A stretch of 59,164 nt of DNA, from positions 1 through 59,164 of the IMG/VR virus record IMGVR_UViG_3300016665_000396. One strand, 5' to 3'. A model generated the notes under the pieces. The model had not been told where the DNA came from. It saw only the letters and a list, made by a program, of their open reading frames with translations, and did no database searches. The translations under genes were made by a program, and so were the position numbers. Below, piece after piece: positions 10,069-17,144 of the stretch. Each line of letters starts with the position of its first letter. Position 1 is the first letter of the stretch. Origin of the DNA: a virus (lineage: Duplodnaviria > Caudoviricetes).

Positions 10069-10300
10069 CCATTTAATCGTCCCAAAATTCAAGGGGAATT
10101 CTTACATAATACCCATATGCGTAATTACGTGCGTATACGTGCGCCTGTTCCTCTTAATTGATCACGTGCGTATACACGAGGAATTCTGTAGGTAGTGGAA
10201 CCCTACCAATTAGATGGGTTGTAGGACGGCTTCCATATTTATAATTGTGTGTTATGGCGTGGGACTGTAAGTTCTTGATTTTACAGGAGAATTTAATTGG

Positions 10301-10329
10301 TTGAAATATTGGATTTGAGTTGATATATT
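10301..10329 (+). promoter_or_regulatory. Sigma70-type early promoter
   Basis: TTGAAA-17-(TGa)TATATT upstream of the AAA gene. Confidence 0.7.
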
Positions 10330-10389
10330 AGATACATAAGCTACTCAAACAGCAATCACTCAAACACACAGAACAGGAATAAGTAAGTT

Positions 10390-11661
10390 ATGTCGAATCT
10401 CGCTCTCCCCGTCAGCATGAAGTCGTTTCAGCGCATGGTCGCCTCCGTTTCGCCCGATATCACGGTTTGTGTCCGTGGTGGTCACGCTAAGGGCAAGTCG
10501 GAGGGTGTCTATCAGTCCGCTGCGCTTCGTTTCTCGGATTTCTACCGTGATGCCGCTAACTGCCGCCGTGCAGTTGAGGTTCTTGGTGCAGGTGTCCTTT
10601 CGCATGGTCGTGCCTCTAACAAGGTGAGCGAGTGGCGCTATGATCTCGGTATGCCGATCATTGAGCGTCGTCTTTCGCAAATGACTGAGGGTGATATCAT
10701 CGGTCTACCCATCCTTGAGGGTAACAGCACCACCTTCCGTCCCTGCGATTGGCTAATCCAGGCTTGTGAGTTCCCGGTCGTTCTCTTCCTTGACGAGCGT
10801 AACCGTGCGCTTGAGGGCGTTAAGCAGGCTGTCTTCCAGCTTGCGGATAGCAAGGCGTTCTATGGGCATCGCCTTCACCCTGAGACGATCATCGTTATTG
10901 CTGAGAATATCGGTGATGCTTATACGGTTAATCAGTCGGATCCTGCCGAGATCAGCCGTGCGGCTACTGTCCACCTTGATCCTACCAAGGAAGAGTTCCT
11001 TGATTATATCAGCGGTCGCTGCGATGGTGCGCTCGTTGATTTCCTCCGCCAGAATCAGCGGTTTGTGGAGCATGACGGCGCTTTCGAGCCTAATAAGAAG
11101 TATCCCGACCGTCGTTCGTGGGTGAAGCTTGATGGTGAGCTTACTCGCCTGGGTCTGTATGAGAACCCCGAGGATCATATGTTCTACGTCCTCACGGGTG
11201 CTTTCTGCGGCATTGAGGTTGCCGGTGCGTTCAAGAAGTTCTGCGCCGAGCGTGATCGTCAGGTGTCGTGTGAGGAAATGCTTGAGGATTGGGAGGCTGC
11301 GAAGCGTAAGCTTGGTCGCCTGTCGAATGAAATGTATGTCGAGCTTGTGAGCAAGATGGGTGATTGGCTCAAGAAGCATGACCTCAATGCGGATCAGGCT
11401 CTTGAACTTGCCCGCTTCATGCACGATGCTCCTCCTGAGCCGATGATGGCCATGTGGATGACTCTCCAGAAGAATATCAAGAATCTCACGAAGGTTCACC
11501 CGCACGTTGAGCAGCTTATGGTGCGCCGCACCACGGGTCAGGATACGTCGGATCTCAAGGTTCCGGCTAAGACTGCGAAGGCTGCAACGGCTCCTGCTGC
11601 TGGGGCGAATGTGCCCCCGGCTGCTGCCCCTGCGCCTCGTAAGCGTGGCGCTCGTCGCTGA
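10390..11661 (+). CDS. MoxR-like AAA+ ATPase
   Basis: Walker A GGHAKGKS, Walker B LFLDE, NRA; YPDRRSW; adjacent to the VWA gene. Confidence 0.88.
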   Translation: MSNLALPVSMKSFQRMVASVSPDITVCVRGGHAKGKSEGVYQSAALRFSDFYRDAANCRRAVEVLGAGVLSHGRASNKVSEWRYDLGMPIIERRLSQMTEGDIIGLPILEGNSTTFRPCDWLIQACEFPVVLFLDERNRALEGVKQAVFQLADSKAFYGHRLHPETIIVIAENIGDAYTVNQSDPAEISRAATVHLDPTKEEFLDYISGRCDGALVDFLRQNQRFVEHDGAFEPNKKYPDRRSWVKLDGELTRLGLYENPEDHMFYVLTGAFCGIEVAGAFKKFCAERDRQVSCEEMLEDWEAAKRKLGRLSNEMYVELVSKMGDWLKKHDLNADQALELARFMHDAPPEPMMAMWMTLQKNIKNLTKVHPHVEQLMVRRTTGQDTSDLKVPAKTAKAATAPAAGANVPPAAAPAPRKRGARR

Positions 11662-11736
11662 AAGCATTAGCTCTCCCGCCCTGTTCAGAGTGTGAGTAGC
11701 TAATAGCAGAAAAGCGGGAAAGCTAACAAAGCGATT

Positions 11737-11763
11737 AGCCCCTGGTGAAGACCGGGGGTTTTT
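11737..11763 (+). terminator. Intrinsic terminator
   Basis: AGCCCCTGGT-GAAG-ACCGGGGGTT followed by T tract. Confidence 0.8.
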
Positions 11764-11895
11764 CGTTTTTATTATTCTTTCAGAAACAAGAAAACCCGAT
11801 CCATTATTGAATCGGGTTTATCTTTTTTTTAAGGGATGATAGTATGAAGATATCAGGTAAACAACTCTAATCATAAATAGTGAGATAGAATAAAA

Positions 11896-12297
11896 ATGTC
11901 AGATAATTTTGAGAATGAGAAGCCCCTTAATCGTATTGTTAAGTTTGCATATATCCGTGATGCCGATAATGCAGATCGTGTTCTAACGATTGCTCGTCGT
12001 TGGGGTCGCAATGGAAATAAGATTCATTATGGTTATGCCCTATGTCGTCCTGATGCAGATCAGTTCCGTAAGGATATTGGGCGAACCATTGCAAGTGGCA
12101 GAATGCTTACAAAGCCTGTAAAGGTTAAGCCCGAGGGCGAGCGTTTGGTGCTCCGCTCAGTAATGCGAGATATTGCCGAAGCAGAGACGACGCCTCGTAT
12201 TGTTCGTAAGATTGCCCAGGATTGGTTGGTAAACGAGGGCGTTGCCCTTCGTGATAGTGTTGATCAGGAAGTGCCGGATTTGAGTTCGCTAACCTGA
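11896..12297 (+). CDS. Hypothetical phage protein
   Basis: ORF with upstream sigma70-type promoter. Confidence 0.75.
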   Translation: MSDNFENEKPLNRIVKFAYIRDADNADRVLTIARRWGRNGNKIHYGYALCRPDADQFRKDIGRTIASGRMLTKPVKVKPEGERLVLRSVMRDIAEAETTPRIVRKIAQDWLVNEGVALRDSVDQEVPDLSSLT

Positions 12298-12538
12298 TTT
12301 AGTCTCCTTGAGAATGTCCTGTTCTCAATTGTCCCTTCTTAACCCTTCGATTGTGAATACTCTTGGAGTTTTAAGGGTTAATAGTCAATATCAAGCCCCG
12401 TAATTGGATTTTTGGGGATGCCCTTGTTGGTGTTGATGAATTTGTTTTAGGGAAGTAGCCGATTTGACAGTAATCTTGGACGGATGAATTGTTGAGTCGG
12501 CTGCGAGCTTATTTTCCATATCATTCCTATTTAATGAT

Positions 12539-12799
12539 ATGAGCAAAACAGATAACCTTAGCGCCGAATACGTCAAGAAGATTCTAAAGTCTTTAGATCC
12601 GGATTTAGCTGCATTAGTTGTTTGTTCTGGTGTCTCGTTAGATCCAAACATTTTGTTGAAAACTTTAGTTGTTGCTGCTGATGTATCTTATTACCGCAAT
12701 ATGGTTAAAGATATAGAAAAACCAGAAAAAGATAATTCTGGTGATTTAAGTGCAGATGAAATAAAAACATTGTTGAAAACAGATGGATGGAAAGTTTGA
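12539..12799 (+). CDS. Hypothetical protein
   Basis: TATTTA motif 5 nt before ATG. Confidence 0.65.
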   Translation: MSKTDNLSAEYVKKILKSLDPDLAALVVCSGVSLDPNILLKTLVVAADVSYYRNMVKDIEKPEKDNSGDLSADEIKTLLKTDGWKV

Positions 12800-12849
12800 T
12801 AAATAGTTTATACTTCAGATACCTTGTGGTATATTAATAGTATAGACAC

Positions 12850-12927
12850 GGTGCGGAAGGCGAACTGGTACAGCCGCTACTCTTATAAAGTAGGAACGTT
12901 TTGTGGGTTCAAATCCCACCCGCACTA
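12850..12927 (+). tRNA. tRNA-Ile(UAU)
   Basis: Acceptor GGTGCGG/CCGCACT, anticodon arm CTACT-CTTATAA-AGTAG, T arm GTGGG-TTCAAAT-CCCAC; no encoded CCA. Confidence 0.85.
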
Positions 12928-12950
12928 TTAACCTTTAGCATAGAAGAAAA

Positions 12951-13217
12951 ATGGCAACGAGAAAGATTAGTGTTCCAAAGAATGGTGGCATTCAAACCAT
13001 TTACCGATTTGATAATGGTTATGGTGCCAGCGTTGTAAATCATTCCTTCTCATACGGAACCGAAATGGCGGTTGTTAAGTTTACTAGCTCAGACCTTCAA
13101 GATTTTGAGTTGTGCTATGATAGCGGGATTACGGATGATGTTTTGGGTCATTTGACTCCTGCTGATGTAGATCGGTATCTTGTAAGGATTGAGCAGCTTC
13201 CTCCTGTTAGGGATTGA
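12951..13217 (+). CDS. Hypothetical phage protein
   Basis: ORF between tRNAs; YRFDNGYGASVV. Confidence 0.75.
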   Translation: MATRKISVPKNGGIQTIYRFDNGYGASVVNHSFSYGTEMAVVKFTSSDLQDFELCYDSGITDDVLGHLTPADVDRYLVRIEQLPPVRD

Positions 13218-13224
13218 TAACTTT

Positions 13225-13306
13225 GCCAAAGTGGCGGAATTGGTATACGCAGCGGCTTCAAACTCCGCCGAGTTTCCTCATGTGGGTTCGAGTCCCACCT
13301 TTGGTA
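13225..13306 (+). tRNA. tRNA-Leu(CAA)
   Basis: GCCAAAG/CTTTGGT acceptor, loop TTCAAAC with a C-U mismatch at 31:39, class II variable arm, discriminator A. Confidence 0.8.
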
Positions 13307-13357
13307 TAAAAAAAGTAGTTTACAAGTTAAAGAAGATGTGATAAGTTAGAGATATAA

Positions 13358-13441
13358 GGGATCATGGTGGAATAGGCAGACACCGCAGACTTAAAATCTG
13401 CTGCCCCAAAAGGCGTCCCGGTTCAAGTCCGGGTGATCCCA
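13358..13441 (+). tRNA. tRNA-Leu(UAA)
   Basis: GGGATCA/TGATCCC acceptor, GCAGA-CTTAAAA-TCTGC anticodon arm, long variable arm. Confidence 0.92.
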
Positions 13442-13495
13442 TAATGAAAAGACGGTTCCGATGCAGGGATCGTCTTTTTGTCATTTGGAGGAAAA

Positions 13496-13750
13496 ATGAA
13501 TACGAAAGAACAAGTGCAAGCAGTCTTACAACCCTTTATAGATGAATACCAAGGCAAGCATGGAATATGGGGTTTATCTGTTGCTGCCGGTCCTGCTGAA
13601 TATAATGAATACGGTAAGCCACGTCATTCAGAAAAACGTGATTATGTTGATTGGGCACTTCACGTATTTACCAGGGATGAAAATGCCAGAGAAGCTTTAC
13701 CAGAATATTATAATGGAGTCCGATTGATGATATTTGTTGGTAATGACTAA
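13496..13750 (+). CDS. Hypothetical protein
   Basis: SD GGAGG then ATG at 13496. Confidence 0.7.
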   Translation: MNTKEQVQAVLQPFIDEYQGKHGIWGLSVAAGPAEYNEYGKPRHSEKRDYVDWALHVFTRDENAREALPEYYNGVRLMIFVGND

Positions 13751-13807
13751 TTATCTATAGTTTATTTGTTTTTTGGGCATGATAAACTGAGTGTAAGGGG
13801 TGTTCCA

Positions 13808-14332
13808 ATGGGTAAGATTAATCTATCTCGTGGGCTCTGGAAGTCTCAGATTCGTGTATTAGAAGAATATTGCGCCAGTAAGGGCTGGGAAGTGGAATAC
13901 GTTTCTCGTAAAGACCCTAACGCAGATTCTGCTATTATTCATAAAAACAAGTTGGTTATTAAAAAAGATAGGACAACCGAGCTAACGTTCTATGTCTTGT
14001 TACATGAGATTGGGCATATGATGCTATGCCAGAACAATCGTATGTATGACGAACGTTACAATGCTGTTTTTGAAAGTTTTGGAAGCGCAAGTATAACTCA
14101 TAAGGTAAAAAGAGTTGAGGAGGAGCTTGACGCATGGAAAACAGGATATAAGTTGTCTAAACGGTTGAAACTTTATGTGAACCGGCGTAGATTTGAACAA
14201 GTGAAGTCACGCTGCGTTACCACCTACCTTATGTGGGCAGTTGACCGAAAAATCAAGAAAGAAAAGAATGATGGAAGCACTAAAAATAGTCTCAATGGAA
14301 GAGGAGCCAGTATTAGAGAAAGCGCCGAGTAA
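13808..14332 (+). CDS. HExxH zinc-metallopeptidase-like protein (ImmA/IrrE-like)
   Basis: LLHEIGH plus downstream EEELDAW. Confidence 0.65.
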   Translation: MGKINLSRGLWKSQIRVLEEYCASKGWEVEYVSRKDPNADSAIIHKNKLVIKKDRTTELTFYVLLHEIGHMMLCQNNRMYDERYNAVFESFGSASITHKVKRVEEELDAWKTGYKLSKRLKLYVNRRRFEQVKSRCVTTYLMWAVDRKIKKEKNDGSTKNSLNGRGASIRESAE

Positions 14333-14999
14333 GATAGATCAAATCTACTTTGATTACGCCTCAACCAAAAGCCTTAAAACCCGTAATCAAATCGTAAAAC
14401 AAAATCAGGCTCTTGTTACTTACATAATCAACAAGTATTATAATAACAAGAAAGAATATATGCTCTTGAAGGAAGATATGATGCAGGAAGGCATCATAGG
14501 TCTTCTATCTGCTATTGAGGGATATAAGCCTGACCTCGGTTATCGTTTCTCTACCTATGCAACATGGTGGATCCGGCAAGCTATTAACAATTACCTTCTT
14601 AACGTAGAACCTATCATTCACGTTCCTTCTCATGTTAGAACTGCTAACAATAAGATTCAGAAGAAGCTACGGGAAGAGAATATAGTTTTACAGGATTATA
14701 TCAATAACGCCGATTCTAAAGAAAAAGAAGAAGACGGCTGTTCTGATAAGATGTTGCAATCGATTACAATGGCTAACCGCTCTAAGAATGTATGTTCTAT
14801 GGATGAACAGATCAAGAGTGGTCCCAATGGCGAAGGCAACAATACAATGAAGGATATGTTGGTTTCAGATGAAAATATTGAAACCCGATATGGAAACTCT
14901 GAGTTGGTTAGTCTTGTTAAAAATGCATTGTTGAACTTGTCTGAAAAGGAGAGATATATCCTTCTCCTACGTTTTGATGTTATAAAGGAGATACCATGA
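14268..14999 (+). CDS. Sigma70-family sigma factor, regions 2 to 4.1 (lacks 4.2)
   Basis: DMMQEGIIGL...GYRFSTYATWWIRQAI, IHVP; ends LSEKERYILLLRFDVIKEIP. Confidence 0.92.
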   Translation: MMEALKIVSMEEEPVLEKAPSKIDQIYFDYASTKSLKTRNQIVKQNQALVTYIINKYYNNKKEYMLLKEDMMQEGIIGLLSAIEGYKPDLGYRFSTYATWWIRQAINNYLLNVEPIIHVPSHVRTANNKIQKKLREENIVLQDYINNADSKEKEEDGCSDKMLQSITMANRSKNVCSMDEQIKSGPNGEGNNTMKDMLVSDENIETRYGNSELVSLVKNALLNLSEKERYILLLRFDVIKEIP

Positions 15000-15262
15000 A
15001 AAAAGAATATATTACCCTGGATGAAGGCATAGATTTCCGTAAGATAGCCGCTATTATGACAAAAGCGGGTTATAAGATGAACCATGCTACTGCTAGAAAT
15101 CAACTTATGTCAGCTCTGCAAAAGCTTCTTACAAATATAGTTAAGCAAACAGAGGTCAAGCCAGATCGTGAAAAGATTGAGGAAATGATGAATTCTCAAG
15201 AGATTCACAATGCCTTGGCTGATGTTTTGCATAGAGCATATCAAGAAATAAAAAAGGATTAA
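14996..15262 (+). CDS. Stand-alone sigma region 4.2-like HTH protein
   Basis: DFRKIAAIM...NHATARNQLMSALQKL; ATGA overlap and its own SD AAGGAG. Confidence 0.65.
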   Translation: MKKEYITLDEGIDFRKIAAIMTKAGYKMNHATARNQLMSALQKLLTNIVKQTEVKPDREKIEEMMNSQEIHNALADVLHRAYQEIKKD

Positions 15263-15264
15263 TT

Positions 15265-15585
15265 ATGCCATTCTTAGTAAGAGGAAAAGCAAGAGCACGT
15301 CAAAATAAAATAACACCACCTGCTCCAGCACCACAATCTGTTTCTCCTGCTATAACCGAACCAGAAAAATCGGCAGAACAAAAGGTAGAAGAAGAGACAA
15401 AAGTTTCTTATCAGGAAATAACATATCGTGTTCCAAAAGAAGAACGATTACTTGATTTGCCTTTAGAAGAAGAAGTTTTTGGAGAACAAGATAATTCTAT
15501 TCCAGATGAAAAATCTTATAATATAACTCCTGTTACTAATGATGTTCCAATTGGCATAGCTCTTAAAAAGAAAAAAAGGAAATGA
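15265..15585 (+). CDS. Hypothetical low-complexity protein
   Basis: Pro/Glu-rich with basic termini. Confidence 0.65.
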   Translation: MPFLVRGKARARQNKITPPAPAPQSVSPAITEPEKSAEQKVEEETKVSYQEITYRVPKEERLLDLPLEEEVFGEQDNSIPDEKSYNITPVTNDVPIGIALKKKKRK

Positions 15586-15612
15586 TATCAGACACGATAA
15601 TTATCCATATGG

Positions 15613-15891
15613 GTGGTTAGAGTGTTGGGCATTAAGGCGGGACAATTATTAACAACTGTCAAACCGGAAGGGCTATTTGCTCTTTCTGTTGCCGCCGACT
15701 TTCTCTCTGTATCTAAACGCATCTATCACGAAGATAAGTTCTTCTCAAAAAGAATCCCTATCGGAGAGATATTTCTTTGTCTTGAAGTTAAGGGCTATGA
15801 TGAACAATTTTGTTATAGCCTTAAAATTCTTTGGAAAGAACAGATATATTATATCTTTTGCGACTATAATGAAGTAAGAGTTGTAGAATGA
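15613..15891 (+). CDS. Hypothetical protein (dispersed small family)
   Basis: KAGQLL...PIGEIFLCLE...LKILW. Confidence 0.65.
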   Translation: MVRVLGIKAGQLLTTVKPEGLFALSVAADFLSVSKRIYHEDKFFSKRIPIGEIFLCLEVKGYDEQFCYSLKILWKEQIYYIFCDYNEVRVVE

Positions 15892-16235
15892 TTACTTATG
15901 CACCAAGAACAGGAACGTTGTTAACCGTTATATCTCCTGGATTGGTTGCGGCAACATTAAGCTCTATTAACAAAATAGAAGGCGATATCCGCTGGTATGT
16001 TTTTGACAATATTTCCTTTCTTGAAAAAGGCTCTACTCTTCTATACGTTGGTGATGAAACCTTGATGGTTACTCATTGGGAACTTCATAACGTTGATGAT
16101 TATTATCAAAACGATGAGTTTTATAAAAAATTTTTAGCTGCCGTTTTCTTATATAACGACAAAAAAGTCTATATCTTCTATGACGACCACTATGATATGT
16201 GGGATCCAGAGTGCTACTTCACACAATTAAAATAA
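15888..16235 (+). CDS. Hypothetical protein (dispersed small family)
   Basis: RTGTLL...KGSTLLYVG...VFLY. Confidence 0.7.
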   Translation: MITYAPRTGTLLTVISPGLVAATLSSINKIEGDIRWYVFDNISFLEKGSTLLYVGDETLMVTHWELHNVDDYYQNDEFYKKFLAAVFLYNDKKVYIFYDDHYDMWDPECYFTQLK

Positions 16236-16271
16236 GTTTAAAACCGCAAAATAATCTGTTAATATAAGGAT

Positions 16272-16676
16272 ATGCAGACAATGACAGAAGGTAAGAGCAA
16301 AGCAAAGGTCACTTCGGCTATGATCCAGAAGCAGAAGCTTGATATCGCCTTTGAACTTAAGGCAAAGTATGGAATCACCAAGGGAACCGTTGTCCATGTG
16401 ACTCGTCCTGTGCAGGGTAGAACCCGTATTGAGAAGGATCCTATTCCGGCAGATCGTGAAGAAACCGAAACTGAGTTTAAGGACTTCCATGCAGAGGATA
16501 ACTGTCTTTATGTAGGTGCCTTCTGGGATTATTGGACTGGTAAGATGTTTCTTGAGTTTATTGCTCCGGAGGGTGTTCTATACTACGATTTTGGTCAGCA
16601 TGGAGCCGGGGATAAGAGCTTTGGTGAAATTTTCAAGGTTGAGGTTGCAGCCACTACACGTCATAGTGTGATTTAA
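16272..16676 (+). CDS. Hypothetical protein
   Basis: Promoter TTTAAA-17-TAATAT-6 nt-ATG; terminator follows. Confidence 0.75.
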   Translation: MQTMTEGKSKAKVTSAMIQKQKLDIAFELKAKYGITKGTVVHVTRPVQGRTRIEKDPIPADREETETEFKDFHAEDNCLYVGAFWDYWTGKMFLEFIAPEGVLYYDFGQHGAGDKSFGEIFKVEVAATTRHSVI

Positions 16677-16743
16677 GCAAATAACAAAAGTTGAGTTAGA
16701 ATAGAAGCTGGGAGAAATCCCAGCTTTTCTTTTTGGAGTATGT

Positions 16744-17061
16744 ATGAAGATCCGAGCGTATAAAAAAACGTCCCTTAAAGTTTGTAGAATATTAACTGAA
16801 GATATATACAAGTTGTTGCCGTTAGCAGACTTTAATTCTATAGCCAATCGTTATAGGGCAGAGGATGCTTTAAAGCGTGTTATAGCGGAAAGATATAGTA
16901 AAGAGCCTCAAGTTAAGGAGTGGTCGTATCAATTTGAATTATTATATGTTCCAGATCACAATGGTGTTGTAAATCTTCATGTTGCATTAAACGAGGATTG
17001 GGAACGTGAAAATCTTCTTTATCTTGATTTTGATGAAGATTATGCAAATATGAGATATTGA
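16744..17061 (+). CDS. Hypothetical protein
   Basis: SD GGAG; followed by a terminator hairpin. Confidence 0.7.
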   Translation: MKIRAYKKTSLKVCRILTEDIYKLLPLADFNSIANRYRAEDALKRVIAERYSKEPQVKEWSYQFELLYVPDHNGVVNLHVALNEDWERENLLYLDFDEDYANMRY

Positions 17062-17109
17062 TTAATAAAGCCGCCTGTTCAAGCGGCTTTTTTCTTTTAT
17101 TCAATCGGG

Positions 17110-17144
17110 TTTACATTATAAAATATTCGTGTTAAGATGGTTGC
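17110..17144 (+). promoter_or_regulatory. Leaderless sigma70-type promoter of dnaE
   Basis: TTTACA-17-(TGt)TAAGAT-6 nt-ATG, no SD. Confidence 0.72.

Noticed and set aside
10090-10200. Mini CRISPR array
   Set aside because: Repeats are only 12 bp, in two copies; no cas genes
10753-11667. Long antisense ORFs (also 8975..9487, 25970..26734, 28619..29395, 40013..40522)
   Set aside because: They mirror real GC-rich genes whose avoidance of TTA/CTA/TCA removes antisense stops; no motifs or start signals
12391-12651. Minus-strand 86-aa ORF
   Set aside because: Overlaps the better-supported 12539..12799 gene and has no recognisable motif
13225-13306. CTTCAAA read as a UCA (Sec/opal suppressor) anticodon
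   Set aside because: Stem register GCGG/CCGC centres the loop on CAA, and the body is Leu-type with a 7-bp acceptor
14975-14999. Programmed -1 frameshift fusing the sigma halves
   Set aside because: No X XXY YYZ heptamer in the short permissible window and ORF2 has a strong SD; not fully excluded
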